Shown: one piece after another, positions 9,737 through 20,368 of the stretch | How positions within the stretch are numbered: the first letter of the stretch is position 1 | Layout: each line of letters starts with the position of its first letter | Source of the DNA: Armatimonadota bacterium | GTDB lineage: Bacteria; Armatimonadota; UBA5829; DTLH01 | Direction: 5' to 3' | Length of the DNA: 64,000 nt | Assembly: GCA_039679675.1 (NCBI GenBank) | Contig: JBDKUN010000055.1 | Coordinates: 1 to 64,000, forward strand | Made by a program: the position numbers and the translations under genes | Notes under the pieces: generated by a model | Databases searched by the model: none | What the model was told of the DNA's origin: nothing | Seen by the model: only the letters and a program-made list of their open reading frames with translations

Positions 9737-9892
9737 CATATTGCACAATTATCCCTAATCTGCCATACTCACAGTATAAAATAAACCATAATTCCATATC
9801 TTGGATATTAAAGGACATAAAACACCAGAACCGCATATAGACCGGTATCGAATATGCTTGTAAGGATAACATAGGGAGAGGTATAAACAGAA

Positions 9893-10693
9893 ATGCCAAA
9901 GATACCATATGAAGATGTAGGCTTTAATTCCAGTCACTATATAGTATTCGAAAAACGAGATGGAGAATATCCACTTAGTTGGATTTCCGCCAATCTTGGT
10001 GATAAGAGCACTATGATCAGTGGCGATGCAATATCTGTATGGGGCGGAGAGATTGATAATGGTGCTGCAAGCCCAAACGGTGTTATTTACGATGACCATA
10101 ATGCTGTAGTACAAGATACAGTTAACAGCCTGCTGAGCAAAGATGACAGGGTATATTTAGTAGTATCTCATATACAGACTCCCGAAGGTGGCTTCGGTCC
10201 GGGTATCACAGTTATTAGAACAAATACAAAGAATAATGCAGCCCTGATTATAACGGATGGCGAAACAATAAAATCCATTCCCTGGATGGACCTTTATCAT
10301 GAAGGATGGACGCGTTATGGACTTAATGATCTACTTACATTTCGTGGAGACCGTTCTCCGTTTGAAGATCAATTGCTCGAAGATGCGAAGTCGGTAGATT
10401 CGGTAGATAAGGAGTATCTTGAATACTGGTCATTGTTTGAGTGTTATTTTGGCGTATCGTCTGATTTTCTGCCGAATGAGACAAACAGTGAATGGCTGTG
10501 CTTATCCAGAGGCGAGGACCATAATTACGTAGGTATTTGGGGTTCCAGAGGACGTCTGCAAGATGCTCGTCAAGCGTTTGTTGAGGCTGCAAAGAAGCAC
10601 AATGTAGTTTTGTTTGAAGGTCCACCCTTTATTGATATCACCGAAGATTCCGACTGGCTGCCTTTGTCAGATTCCTGGACTCGTTTAGCGTAG
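9893..10693 (+). CDS. Hypothetical acidic protein in a visibly AT-richer cassette
   Basis: 266 aa ORF with GGAGAGG upstream; no motif recognised. Confidence 0.75.
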   Translation: MPKIPYEDVGFNSSHYIVFEKRDGEYPLSWISANLGDKSTMISGDAISVWGGEIDNGAASPNGVIYDDHNAVVQDTVNSLLSKDDRVYLVVSHIQTPEGGFGPGITVIRTNTKNNAALIITDGETIKSIPWMDLYHEGWTRYGLNDLLTFRGDRSPFEDQLLEDAKSVDSVDKEYLEYWSLFECYFGVSSDFLPNETNSEWLCLSRGEDHNYVGIWGSRGRLQDARQAFVEAAKKHNVVLFEGPPFIDITEDSDWLPLSDSWTRLA

Positions 10694-10773
10694 GGAGAAG
10701 ATGAAGTTTATGGTATGCTGCGAAATGTCCGATGCGCTTCTATGACAAAGCTGCCATCATCGTATTAGCCTGC

Positions 10774-10909
10774 CTTCGGGACCGTAGTTCGTCCAACCCC
10801 GTGGACCTACCGGACCACGGAGAGAAGCACGATATCCGCCAATTTTCGTTGCTGCGGGAATTGAATCTGTATAATCAGTAGATCATACAGACCTGCCATT
10901 CCCGCAGCA
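10774..10909. repeat. Structured direct repeat, copy R2, extending into a long hairpin
   Basis: Matches R1 over 10774-10871. tgctgcgggaat (10850-10861) pairs with attcccgcagca (10898-10909), with an inner tctgtat/atacaga stem. Confidence 0.9.
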
Positions 10910-11004
10910 CAAAAAGCTACCTATCCCCTAAATAAAGGAATAACCTCAGGTTACGAAGAAAGTAATCTCTATTAGAAGTACCCTTGAAGTGCAGGAGAGT
11001 TGTA

Positions 11005-12225
11005 ATGAAGGAATGTTATACAAAGAAGCTCAGCCGGGCGTTCAAAACGGCAGTTGTTGTGGCTGTTGCGCTCGGCTTCGGGCTTGCCGGTGCAAGCGTA
11101 AGCAATGCTGACACATCCATAAAGCAGGATGGCGCACCTATCGTTAAAGCATGCAAGGCTGACCTGGCAAAGCGGCTAAAGAAGGATGTAGGTTATATCG
11201 AACTCGCGAGCTACAAGCCCGCAACTTGGCCGAATACGGCGATGGGTATGCCGGAAATAGGCAAAACTTACAATAAAAAGAATATATCAGGCGCGCAGAT
11301 AATTCTGGAGACCGACAGCATTGATTATGCTTACAATACTGATGGAAAATCGCTTAAGTATCTCGGCCCGGTCACAAGCTGGCTGTTTTCGCTGCTTTAT
11401 CTGAAACCCGTACCGAATGACCCTAACTTCAATGGCGACTTGTATCAGTGTTCTTTCTTTGGGACAAACAGCCAGCTCATAGCTTCGGCAGTGACTGAGT
11501 TTTATCCTCAGAAGAAGGGTGGGGTGGTCGTAAAACGAAGGATGTCGCGCTCCGGTCATGACCTTTTGTTCCTCAACGCGGGCGATCCGTCCAAGGTTCA
11601 GGGGCTGTATTCCGCACTTGATTTCAGTGATGTGGCAGTAAACGACGCTCAGAACAGGTGGGCTGCGTATATCAGACCCAGGCTCGGAACTTCGTGGGCT
11701 GTTGTAGCAGGCGGCATCGGCAAAGACGGCGAAAAGCCATACATTATTCCATTGCCGGATGACGTAAACCCGGACAAGATCGCATGGTCGGGCGATATGC
11801 TGATGATAATGGTCAGCAAAGATGGTAAACCGAGAGAAGGCTGCTTCGAGATATTACCGAAAGACGGTGCGACTGAATGGAATCAGGCGAATTATTACGA
11901 TTTTCCGAGTTCGAAAAACCTCATACTCAGCAGGAGCGAGACGCTTGAGGTAAACCAGATAGATGTGAACGGGAAGCCTGCTGTAGAAGTTGCAAGGGTG
12001 TGGTTTACAGGAGCCACTACTGTAGTTACGCAAATCGAAGGCCTTACTTTAGGGCAATTCGAACTGGTCGGCAAATACGTCGTTATTTCCGGCGAAAGAG
12101 ACTCCAAACCGGTCGTGTGCACCGTGGATGTCCATACGGGAGAGATAATTCCCTGCGCAAGCGGCGTAGGTCAGAATGTAAAAGCGTTCGATTACCCGCT
12201 GAAGGAGAAACCGCTCGCTAAATAG
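11005..12225 (+). CDS. Secreted hypothetical protein, possibly with a beta-propeller-like C-terminal part
   Basis: AGGAGAG RBS before ATG 11005; signal peptide ending ASVSNA; N-terminal 'DLAKRL..TWPNTAMGMPE' motif. Confidence 0.75.
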   Translation: MKECYTKKLSRAFKTAVVVAVALGFGLAGASVSNADTSIKQDGAPIVKACKADLAKRLKKDVGYIELASYKPATWPNTAMGMPEIGKTYNKKNISGAQIILETDSIDYAYNTDGKSLKYLGPVTSWLFSLLYLKPVPNDPNFNGDLYQCSFFGTNSQLIASAVTEFYPQKKGGVVVKRRMSRSGHDLLFLNAGDPSKVQGLYSALDFSDVAVNDAQNRWAAYIRPRLGTSWAVVAGGIGKDGEKPYIIPLPDDVNPDKIAWSGDMLMIMVSKDGKPREGCFEILPKDGATEWNQANYYDFPSSKNLILSRSETLEVNQIDVNGKPAVEVARVWFTGATTVVTQIEGLTLGQFELVGKYVVISGERDSKPVVCTVDVHTGEIIPCASGVGQNVKAFDYPLKEKPLAK

Positions 12226-12234
12226 AGAACAGAA

Positions 12235-12267
12235 GTAGCCGGGACAGCCTCCAGAGGCTGTCCCGGC
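12235..12267. repeat. GTAG-led REP-like palindrome
   Basis: GTA-GCCGGGACAGCCTC-CA-GAGGCTGTCCCGGC, a perfect 14 bp stem just after a stop codon. Confidence 0.65.
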
Positions 12268-12406
12268 CATAGGCATCGAAGATGCCTGACTTACAGAATT
12301 TTGGATTAGCGGGAATATGTGCTTCGGATAGCAAAACATAGGATATTTCCGAGATTGGTTGACTGATTCTCACAGTTGGCCAGTATTCTAGAATATTGAG
12401 GTATTT

Positions 12407-13297
12407 ATGATCGATACAAGATACCAGTTGGACCTTGTCGAACGTAAGGACATATTCAACAAGCGGCATGTGAACGATGTGCTCTACTTGATGCCATTCA
12501 ATCCTCATAATCCAAGGAAGATTTCCGCACTCTCTTTGGACCTAAGTGATGTAAGTGATTTCATACGGGCAATAGATAGTATGATGGTTGGAGATTTGCC
12601 TTGGGCTTTGCTTTGTTTCAAAACATTGCTGTTGTTTGCACATACTCAAGGGCCGCTGTGGCATAGTGCTGTCCTATTATGGTGTGCCATGCTCAGCTTG
12701 TACAACTGTGATCCTACATCTGCACCTGATTATGTCTCAAAAGCGGAAGAGATCAGTCCATCTGGTGAAACACCGGAAATTATGTTAGTCAAGGGAATGA
12801 CTAAAAGGATGGCAAGAGATTTTTCCGGGGCATCTTCAGCTCTGCAGTTTTTAGCAAAACCGAGGCTGGTTGTTCCTCCTGGTATGAGCAATATGGAGGC
12901 GCTGGAGTGGGTGAAGAAGATACCGCCTGAAGAATTTCCAGTATTCGATCTAAACGATTTAGCGATGGCTTGGAAGATGGAATCAGAAGCTGCTGCAGGC
13001 AAATTGGATTTTAGTGAGCAGGAGATCGAGTATCTGGAGAGAACGGATCTGGATATATATCAAGGCTGTATAGGTATTTTTCCTGCTGCGGTGTATCGGC
13101 TGTTAAAGACAACAGGTTTGTCTCCGAAAGGTGTTCGTTCGCCAGATGAGCTTTTGGCAGCAATGGATGAACTTCACATAGCCCAGCGGCCAATGATAAC
13201 GATGCTGCTTCAGGATATTCTGCCGCGCCCTTTGAAAGGTGTGATAGAAGCCAGAAATGGCGAGGAAACAGCGGTATATCCTACCGAAGTGCATTGA
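12407..13297 (+). CDS. Hypothetical helical (possibly TPR-like) protein
   Basis: 296 aa ORF with GAGGT RBS; no clear catalytic motif. Confidence 0.7.
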   Translation: MIDTRYQLDLVERKDIFNKRHVNDVLYLMPFNPHNPRKISALSLDLSDVSDFIRAIDSMMVGDLPWALLCFKTLLLFAHTQGPLWHSAVLLWCAMLSLYNCDPTSAPDYVSKAEEISPSGETPEIMLVKGMTKRMARDFSGASSALQFLAKPRLVVPPGMSNMEALEWVKKIPPEEFPVFDLNDLAMAWKMESEAAAGKLDFSEQEIEYLERTDLDIYQGCIGIFPAAVYRLLKTTGLSPKGVRSPDELLAAMDELHIAQRPMITMLLQDILPRPLKGVIEARNGEETAVYPTEVH

Positions 13298-13444
13298 TTT
13301 ATAGGCGTAAGGCGTCGTCCCAATGTCCACCACATCATTTCGAACTACCACAACATCATGCTGAACTAAGGAGTTTCAGTTGCAATTCACAACTGAAACT
13401 CTAGATGACGCGAGAGTAAGCAGCCCGAATCAAAAAACTGCCCG

Positions 13445-14176
13445 TTATTTCCCCTTCAGCCGCTTTACTTCGGCATCTGTCAGATACCGCCAGGAGCCTG
13501 AACGAAGATTGCCGATTTTTACATCCGCGATCTTCGTCCTCGCGAGGTGCTCTACCCTGTGGCCTACAGCATTCAGCATCCTGCGGACCTGCCGCTTTTT
13601 GCCCTCGTGGATTGTAAGCTCGACAACGCTTCTTCGCCTGTCAGGGCTGGTGTTCAGCAGCTTAACTTCAGCAGGGGCAGTCAATCCGTCATCAAGCTGC
13701 ACACCTTCTCTAAGCTGTTGAAGTTCATTTTCTTCAACGGCCCCTCGAACAGTTGCAACGTAGGTCTTGCTGACTTCATGGCTCGGATGGGTGAGTTTGA
13801 ATGTCAGATCACCGTCATTCGTAAGGATAATCAACCCTTCCGTGTCCACATCGAGCCTTCCGACGGTGTGGAGGTTTGCGCTTACATCGGCAACCAACTC
13901 CATTACCGTCTTTTTGGCATAGGGGTCGAACCTAGTGCTGGTGTAACCGACAGGTTTATTGAGGAGAATATAGTACATACGGTCCGGCAGCGTAATTATC
14001 TTGCCATTGACACGTATTTCGTCTTTATCAGGATCAGCCCGCGAGCCGAGGCGGTCCACGAGTTTCCCATTAACAGTAACTATTCCGGCGGTTATCAGCT
14101 CTTCGCATTTTCTACGAGAGCCGACTCCTGCCATTGCCATGACTTTTTGCAGACGTTCTTCCACATACAACTCCAA
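13445..14176 (-). CDS. rluB: rRNA pseudouridine synthase (RluB/RsuA family)
   Basis: S4 domain ERLQKVMAMAGVGSRRKCEELI, catalytic VGRLDVDTEGL and EGKKRQVRRM. The start may be the GTG at ~14164. Confidence 0.9.
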   Translation of the reverse strand: MELYVEERLQKVMAMAGVGSRRKCEELITAGIVTVNGKLVDRLGSRADPDKDEIRVNGKIITLPDRMYYILLNKPVGYTSTRFDPYAKKTVMELVADVSANLHTVGRLDVDTEGLIILTNDGDLTFKLTHPSHEVSKTYVATVRGAVEENELQQLREGVQLDDGLTAPAEVKLLNTSPDRRRSVVELTIHEGKKRQVRRMLNAVGHRVEHLARTKIADVKIGNLRSGSWRYLTDAEVKRLKGK

Positions 14177-15323
14177 GGGTTAACATAGTGAGCAAACTTA
14201 CAGTTCTTACCCACGGCCAGGTAGTGAATGCAATGCTCTCATTTACGTCCTGCGCCGCCTTCAGGTCTACCGATGCTACAGGCTTGCTGCCGACATAGGC
14301 AGTCATCGTACCGACCGTATCACCTTTTCTTACGGGCGCATGGATTTCATTCAATTTGATTTCTGCCGTGGCCTGGTCTGTTTCATTCGGTCTCACGGCC
14401 ACCTGTAATCTCTCCGCCGGGACGACTTCCAGCTCGTCTTTTCCGCCCTTTACCCGTATTTTTCTTACTGTCTGGTCTTTGTCGGCCAGCACGAGCATCT
14501 GGTAGTTTTTGAACCCGTAATCCATCAGTGCAACCGTATCCGCCTGGCTGTCGGCGCTCTTAAGGACTACTGAGACGAGCCTCCAGCCGTTTCTGGTGGC
14601 TGACCCGACGAAACAATGCCCGGCCTGCTTGATGTAGCCGGATTTTACTCCGTCTGCGCCGGGATAGTGCAGCAAAAACTTCGATTTTGTCCTGACCAGG
14701 ACATCCTGCTTGTTGATCGAGCGGTCGATCCTCACGCTTTTTGTGGCTATTATCCTGTTGAACTCCGGGTTTCGGAGCGCATAACGGGTTATGAGTGCAA
14801 GATCGTACGCGCTCGAATAGTGATCAGCCGCATAAAGCCCATTCGGTGTTACGTAGTGCGTATCTTTTGCGCCGAGGAGCTTTGCTTTGTCGTTCATCAT
14901 CTGGACGAACCCCGGTACAGTCCCTCCGATATGTTCGGCAAGCGCAACTGCCGTGTCGTTTGCGGACCTGATCAAGAGTGCATGCAGCAGATCATCAACG
15001 CTTGCCCGTTCTCCGGGTAGCAGGTGAAGCGACGTAAACGGTGTTTCAGATGCGGTCTTGCTCGCAGTGACGGTTTCATCCAGTTTGCAGTTTTCGAGGA
15101 CCAAAATTGCTGTCATAATCTTGGTCGTGCTTGCTATCGGCTTCTTTTCGTGTATGTTTTTTGCGTATAGTATCTGTCCCGTTACTGCATCCGTCAGAAT
15201 TGCGCTTGCTGACTGTATCTTGGGCGGCGAAACGGCGCCATCGTTCGCATATGCCGGCCCGATCCCAAGCGCGACAACTATGATAAGCCATAAAATATGT
15301 TTGTAATCCCTTACTTCTTTCAC
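14112..15323 (-). CDS. D-alanyl-D-alanine carboxypeptidase (peptidase S11, DacB/DacF-like)
   Basis: SxxK (ASTTK), SxN (SAN), KSG; PBP5 C-domain and a C-terminal TM segment. Confidence 0.92.
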   Translation of the reverse strand: MKEVRDYKHILWLIIVVALGIGPAYANDGAVSPPKIQSASAILTDAVTGQILYAKNIHEKKPIASTTKIMTAILVLENCKLDETVTASKTASETPFTSLHLLPGERASVDDLLHALLIRSANDTAVALAEHIGGTVPGFVQMMNDKAKLLGAKDTHYVTPNGLYAADHYSSAYDLALITRYALRNPEFNRIIATKSVRIDRSINKQDVLVRTKSKFLLHYPGADGVKSGYIKQAGHCFVGSATRNGWRLVSVVLKSADSQADTVALMDYGFKNYQMLVLADKDQTVRKIRVKGGKDELEVVPAERLQVAVRPNETDQATAEIKLNEIHAPVRKGDTVGTMTAYVGSKPVASVDLKAAQDVNESIAFTTWPWVRTVSLLTMLTLGVVCGRTSAKSHGNGRSRLS

Positions 15324-15325
15324 TT

Positions 15326-15919
15326 TTACACTTCCTGCGATATGGCGATCTCTTCGTCCGTGAAGAGGTTCCGCTGCGCTTCCAACTCCTGTACCTTATC
15401 AACAGCAAGCGAATCTATATCCGGCAAATCAGCCAGATCGTCCAGCCCCATATGCTCTAAAAACTTCGGTGTTGTGCCATAGAGTATCGGCCGTCCCGGC
15501 GTCTGCTTCCTGCCGGCTTCTCGTACAAGGCCCCGTTCGAGCAATTTTTTCATAACGCCGCTGCTGTCAACTCCACGGATCGCTTCGACCTCCGGCTGCG
15601 TGACCGGCTGCCGGTAAGCGACTACGGCTAGCGTTTCAAGCTGCGCCCGTGACAGCTTCTGGTTCTGCGGGACCAGAATGCGCTGGCAAACATCAGAGTA
15701 TTCCGGCTTGGTACACATCTGGAAACCGCCTGCTACCCTGACTATCTGCAGGCCGCTCTGTCCATGGTCCAGCTTAAGGTCATATATCGCCTGCTCGACT
15801 GCCTCTTCATCGATCTCCAGCACCAAAGCCATCTGCGCCGCGGTTACAGGCTCCGTCGACACGAACAGCATACACTCTATTGCCGATTTCAAGTTACCGT
15901 TCTTGATAACACTATCCAT
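15326..15919 (-). CDS. scpB: SMC-Scp complex subunit ScpB
   Basis: LSRAQLETLAVVAYRQPVT..IRGV..PGRPILYGTT..FL. Confidence 0.95.
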   Translation of the reverse strand: MDSVIKNGNLKSAIECMLFVSTEPVTAAQMALVLEIDEEAVEQAIYDLKLDHGQSGLQIVRVAGGFQMCTKPEYSDVCQRILVPQNQKLSRAQLETLAVVAYRQPVTQPEVEAIRGVDSSGVMKKLLERGLVREAGRKQTPGRPILYGTTPKFLEHMGLDDLADLPDIDSLAVDKVQELEAQRNLFTDEEIAISQEV

Positions 15920-16685
15920 TAGTACTTTCCCCGTCAGGGACTGCGTTATTTGGGAATATCTCGATATTATCGAATGTTTGATTTTGCCTTACGATGATTT
16001 TCTGAAGCCTCAATAACTCCAGTATAGCAAGAAACGTAACAACAATCTCGGTTTTATCCCTTGGTTCCTCGAAAAGTTCGTCAAAAACCACGCCGTCGGC
16101 TCTTGCGCTGATCCTCCGCCAGACTTCGCTCATCCTCATCCTGATCGAGATCTTCTGACGGGTGATGGTTGTCACTTCTTCCGCGCCTTCGCCCACATCG
16201 GCTAAAACCCTGCGGAGCGCTTCAATCAGGTGCTCAGGCTTAACATCCTTCAGCATAAACGGCGCGTAATCGATCTCTATCTCGCGCGCAGCGCCGGAGA
16301 AGACCTTTTGTCTTTCGGCTTCGAAGTCATGGAATATCTCGGCAGCCTCTTTGAACCGCTGATATTGAATCAACCGCTCGACGAGGACCATCCTTGGGTC
16401 TTCAGATTCTTCATCCTCGGATGCGGTGGGGTCCGGCGGCAGGAGCATCTTCGATTTTATCTCAAGAAGCGTCGCAGCCATAACCAAAAACTCCCCGGCG
16501 ATGTCAAGGTCGAGCGACTCCATAACATTCAGATAAGCGATATACTGGTCCGTGATATTCTCGATAGGAATATCGTAGATATCCAGCTTGTTCTCGCGAA
16601 TCAGGTGCAGGAGCAGGTCCAGCGGCCCCTCGAAAATCGGGAGAACGACCTGATATGGATTTGTCCGAGTCTTTTGAAGTTTCAT
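15912..16685 (-). CDS. scpA: Segregation and condensation protein A
   Basis: FEGPLDLLLHLI, EFLVMAATLLEIKSKMLLP, TFLAILEL. Confidence 0.95.
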   Translation of the reverse strand: MKLQKTRTNPYQVVLPIFEGPLDLLLHLIRENKLDIYDIPIENITDQYIAYLNVMESLDLDIAGEFLVMAATLLEIKSKMLLPPDPTASEDEESEDPRMVLVERLIQYQRFKEAAEIFHDFEAERQKVFSGAAREIEIDYAPFMLKDVKPEHLIEALRRVLADVGEGAEEVTTITRQKISIRMRMSEVWRRISARADGVVFDELFEEPRDKTEIVVTFLAILELLRLQKIIVRQNQTFDNIEIFPNNAVPDGESTNG

Positions 16686-16715
16686 ATCTAGCTATCAGCC
16701 GTCAGCTATCAGCTT

Positions 16716-17243
16716 TCAGAAAAAGTAATATCCAGGCAACGGCGCGATACTCCACATAATATCAGCCAGCGCCTTATATCGTTCCGTCGCTTCATTGACC
16801 TTAAAGACCATTTTCGCCAAGTCGTTCGCTATCTCAGGGTTGAGCTTTTTAGCTTTTTTGAGCGCACTTTCGGCCTCAACTTGTCTTCCTATTGCATGGA
16901 ATGCCAGATAAAGCCCGAGATAGGTCGATGCAACATCCGGGTCTAGACCGACTGCAACTTGAAGCTCCGAAATTGCGTCATATGGGTGCTCGCTTGTAAG
17001 AAGTGTTACGCCCAGCCATTTATGTGCAGCAGGCGAACGCGGATTAAGCTGCACAGCCATCCTTAGAGCCGTAAGGGCATCACCCATACGTTTCAATCGA
17101 TAATAAGTCCGGCCCAGATGTACGTAGGCACCTGCGCAGTTCGGGTCAATACGAACAGATTCTTCCAGCTTGGTAGCCGCCTCTTCCAGTCGACCACTTG
17201 TTGCCAGCCCTATGCCTTCATCAAGTAGTTGAGATGCGTCCAA
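16716..17243 (-). CDS. Tetratricopeptide repeat protein
   Basis: Repeated A-Y-x-x-LG..A..A..L.P units of ~34 aa. Confidence 0.85.
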   Translation of the reverse strand: MDASQLLDEGIGLATSGRLEEAATKLEESVRIDPNCAGAYVHLGRTYYRLKRMGDALTALRMAVQLNPRSPAAHKWLGVTLLTSEHPYDAISELQVAVGLDPDVASTYLGLYLAFHAIGRQVEAESALKKAKKLNPEIANDLAKMVFKVNEATERYKALADIMWSIAPLPGYYFF

Positions 17244-17248
17244 TTGAG

Positions 17249-18229
17249 CTACCCGATCTTCATCGCGGCGCGGACATCGTCCATCGTCGCAGACGTAACC
17301 GCTCTCGCTTTTTCTGCGCCTGCGGTGAGAATGTCGTAAAGCTCCTTAGGGTTCTCTTCAAGCTGGACTCTTCGCTCACGGACGGGTGCGAGTGCCGTGT
17401 TCATATTGGCTGTAAGCCGCTTTTTGCAGTCTACGCATCCAAGCTCGCCTTTCTTGCAGACCTCGCAAATCTCCGCAGTCTCGCCCTTGCTGTAAACGTT
17501 GTGCAGCGCGAATACTGGGCAGGTGTCGGGATGCCCCGGATCTTTCTTGTAGAGCTTCAGCGGGTCTGTGAACATCGTTTTTATCTTCTGCTGGGTCTCT
17601 TCGGCGGTGTCCTTGATGTAGATCGCGTTGCCGTAGGATTTGCTCATCTTGCGGTTATCGGTCCCCGGCATGACAGGGTATTCCGTCATCTTTGCTTCCG
17701 GTTCCGGGAAGACATCGCCGTAGATATGGTTGAACCTGCGGCATATCTCACGCGTTAGCTCAAGGTGAGGAAGCTGGTCCTTACCTACCGGGACAACGGT
17801 CGCTTTGTAGACCAGAATGTCGGAAGCCATCAGCACTGGATAACCGAGCAGGCCGTAACTGGCCGAGTCAATCTGCAGGTTATCCAATTTATCCTTATAT
17901 GTCGGCACTCGCTCCAGCCACGGAACGGGAGTTATCATCGAAAGCAGCAGGTGAAGCTCCGCATGCTCTTTTATGTCCGACTGGATGAATATCGCGCACT
18001 TATTGGGGTCGAGCCCGGCGGCGAGGAAGTCCAGAGCCACCTGCCGGGTGTTTTCTTTAATTGCGTCCGGCGTCTCATAGAGCGTCGTCAGGGAATGCCA
18101 GTCGGCTATCATAAAGAACGAATCGTATTCGTCCTGCAATTTGACCCAGTTCCGAAGCGCTCCCTCATAATTGCCGAGATGGAGCTGCCCGGTGGACTGC
18201 ATTCCGCTAAGTATTCTAGGTTTACTCAT
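17249..18229 (-). CDS. trpS: Tryptophan--tRNA ligase
   Basis: HLGN (HIGH) and KMSKS motifs; YPVLMASDIL; VPVGKDQ. Confidence 0.97.
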   Translation of the reverse strand: MSKPRILSGMQSTGQLHLGNYEGALRNWVKLQDEYDSFFMIADWHSLTTLYETPDAIKENTRQVALDFLAAGLDPNKCAIFIQSDIKEHAELHLLLSMITPVPWLERVPTYKDKLDNLQIDSASYGLLGYPVLMASDILVYKATVVPVGKDQLPHLELTREICRRFNHIYGDVFPEPEAKMTEYPVMPGTDNRKMSKSYGNAIYIKDTAEETQQKIKTMFTDPLKLYKKDPGHPDTCPVFALHNVYSKGETAEICEVCKKGELGCVDCKKRLTANMNTALAPVRERRVQLEENPKELYDILTAGAEKARAVTSATMDDVRAAMKIG

Positions 18230-18262
18230 TGTAACTCTAAAATCCGCCTTTCCTAAATATTG

Positions 18263-18904
18263 TTAAAACCATAAACCGGTGAATAACCTGAATATTATGG
18301 TGGCCGGTCTTACAAGTATCATACTTAATATATCGATATGTACAGACGGTCCGATTATGACAAGTGCCAAGAGGATCATGAATCCGTACCGCATCATAAA
18401 CATATCATATCTTCGGGCTTTGTCCACAGGAAGGAGCGATGACAAAATGTGCGAACCATCGAGCGGCGAAATCGGAATCAGATTAAAAAGCGCCAGCATA
18501 ATGTTGATGATCACAAAGTAACCGATTATGATTCTGTCGATGCCGGCGAGGTTTGCACCAAAGAACCTGAATATCTGGCCGAATGCAAGCGCCAGAAGCA
18601 GGTTGGAAAGCGGCCCCCAAAGAGATACCTTGAGGTTGTCCCACCTCGGATGCCGGAATTTGGCGGGGTTTACAGGCACAGGCTTTGCCCAACCAATGCC
18701 AAATCCTGCAAGTGATGATAGTATCATCATCACGGTGCCTATTGGGTCCAGATGGTCCAGCGGGTTGATCGATATTCGTCCGGCCAGCCGCGCGGTATCA
18801 TCCCCTGCAATCTCTGCGGCTTTGGCGTGCGCCAGTTCATGCACTGTCAGCGAGACGATCAACACAAGCATGCTTATGATAAATAACTGAAGATGTCCCC
18901 CCAA
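18263..18904 (-). CDS. Site-2 protease family (M50) metalloprotease
   Basis: HELAH and FNLIPISPLDG motifs. Confidence 0.93.
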   Translation of the reverse strand: MGGHLQLFIISMLVLIVSLTVHELAHAKAAEIAGDDTARLAGRISINPLDHLDPIGTVMMILSSLAGFGIGWAKPVPVNPAKFRHPRWDNLKVSLWGPLSNLLLALAFGQIFRFFGANLAGIDRIIIGYFVIINIMLALFNLIPISPLDGSHILSSLLPVDKARRYDMFMMRYGFMILLALVIIGPSVHIDILSMILVRPATIIFRLFTGLWF

Positions 18905-20248
18905 TTAACTCCTCATTTCTACGCCCGCCGCGAGCCTCTTCGGGATCTCGTCATGACTTATAAGGTCTTCGTGGGTCTCCCGGCGGATTATAACATCGGC
19001 CTTGCCGTCTGAAACCAGTACAGCGGCAGGCCGGGGCAGTCGATTATAGTTCGATGCCATCGAGTAATTATAAGCCCCTGTAGAATATACGGCTACAATG
19101 TCCCCGGTTGTGGGATTTGCGATTTTGGCGTCCTTTATAAGCGTATCAGTCTCACAGTGCTTGCCTGCAAGCGTCACGACGGAATCAGCCGGAGCTTCAG
19201 CGCGGTTTGCGATGATCGCTTCGTATTTTGCGTCATAAAGCGACGGCCTGGGGTTGTCCGAAAGCCCTCCGTCCACCGATACATAGTCTCTTGTCCCCGG
19301 CGCATCCTTGGTCTGGACTTTTTTGATCGTCCCGACCCTGTAAAGAGTCGTTCCGGCCTCACCGATTATCGAGCGGCCCGGTTCAACCATCAGCCTGGGC
19401 GCGTCCAGCTTGTGTTTGGCAAGTTCGCGCTTCACAACAGTGATCAGCGCATCTGCAAATTCTTCTATGGAAGGCGGGTTGTGCTCCGATACGTAGCGGA
19501 TTCCAAGCCCGCCGCCGAGGTTCAATGTTTTTGTCTTATATCCGATCTCCTCGGCTTCCGCCATAAAACGTACCATAATTCTTGCGGCCTGTGTGTGAGC
19601 CCTGGTGTCGAGCAGTTGAGAACCGACATGGCAGTGGAGGCCGATCAGGTCGATATTCGTGCATTCGAGTGCTTTTTTTACGGCCAGTATCGCCGATCCA
19701 TCTTTGATGTTAAACCCAAATTTGGTGTCGGATTGTCCAGTTCTAATCAGCTTGTGAGTGTGCGGGTCGATGCTTGGCGTGAGCCTGAGCATAATCCCGG
19801 CGCGTTTTTTAGACGCTCTCGCCAGCTCATCCAGCCGGTCAAGCTCCAAAAAGTTATCGACTACGACGCACCCGACTCCAAAGTCGAGGGACATTTGCAG
19901 CTCATCTATTGATTTGTTGTTTCCATGGAACAGTATTTTATCAAGAGGATATCCGGCCGTTTGAGCAGTGTAAATCTCTCCGCCGGAGGCTACATCCAGA
20001 TACAGGCATTCCTGGTCGGCGATCTTACACATAGCCGCGGTCATAAATGACTTTCCTGCAAAGGCTATATCAGCGTTACCGTAACCGTTTTTGAAAGCAT
20101 TTACATAGCGGCGGCTGTTTTTGCGGATAAGGTCCTCATCCATCACGTAAAGCGGAGTGCCGAACGTTTCGGCCAGTTCGACAGTGTCGCATCCGCCGAT
20201 CTCTAAGTGTCCCGCACTGTTGACCCTCTGTGTTCCAAGGAGCATCAT
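18905..20248 (-). CDS. lysA: Diaminopimelate decarboxylase
   Basis: FGTPLYVMD, PLP Lys in FAGKS, HCHVGSQ, EPGRS, CETD, GAYNYSMASNYN. Start placed at the ATG after the GGAGG RBS. Confidence 0.95.
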   Translation of the reverse strand: MMLLGTQRVNSAGHLEIGGCDTVELAETFGTPLYVMDEDLIRKNSRRYVNAFKNGYGNADIAFAGKSFMTAAMCKIADQECLYLDVASGGEIYTAQTAGYPLDKILFHGNNKSIDELQMSLDFGVGCVVVDNFLELDRLDELARASKKRAGIMLRLTPSIDPHTHKLIRTGQSDTKFGFNIKDGSAILAVKKALECTNIDLIGLHCHVGSQLLDTRAHTQAARIMVRFMAEAEEIGYKTKTLNLGGGLGIRYVSEHNPPSIEEFADALITVVKRELAKHKLDAPRLMVEPGRSIIGEAGTTLYRVGTIKKVQTKDAPGTRDYVSVDGGLSDNPRPSLYDAKYEAIIANRAEAPADSVVTLAGKHCETDTLIKDAKIANPTTGDIVAVYSTGAYNYSMASNYNRLPRPAAVLVSDGKADVIIRRETHEDLISHDEIPKRLAAGVEMRS

Positions 20249-20368
20249 TTGCTCGAAATATCCCTCCAAAAAGTTCCTGATAGCAAATGAACCAGCCATA
20301 AAAACAATCTAGCCGGTTCGTGAAAAGTCTATCATACCGAGCCTGGGAAGTCAAATAAAGGGGACATG

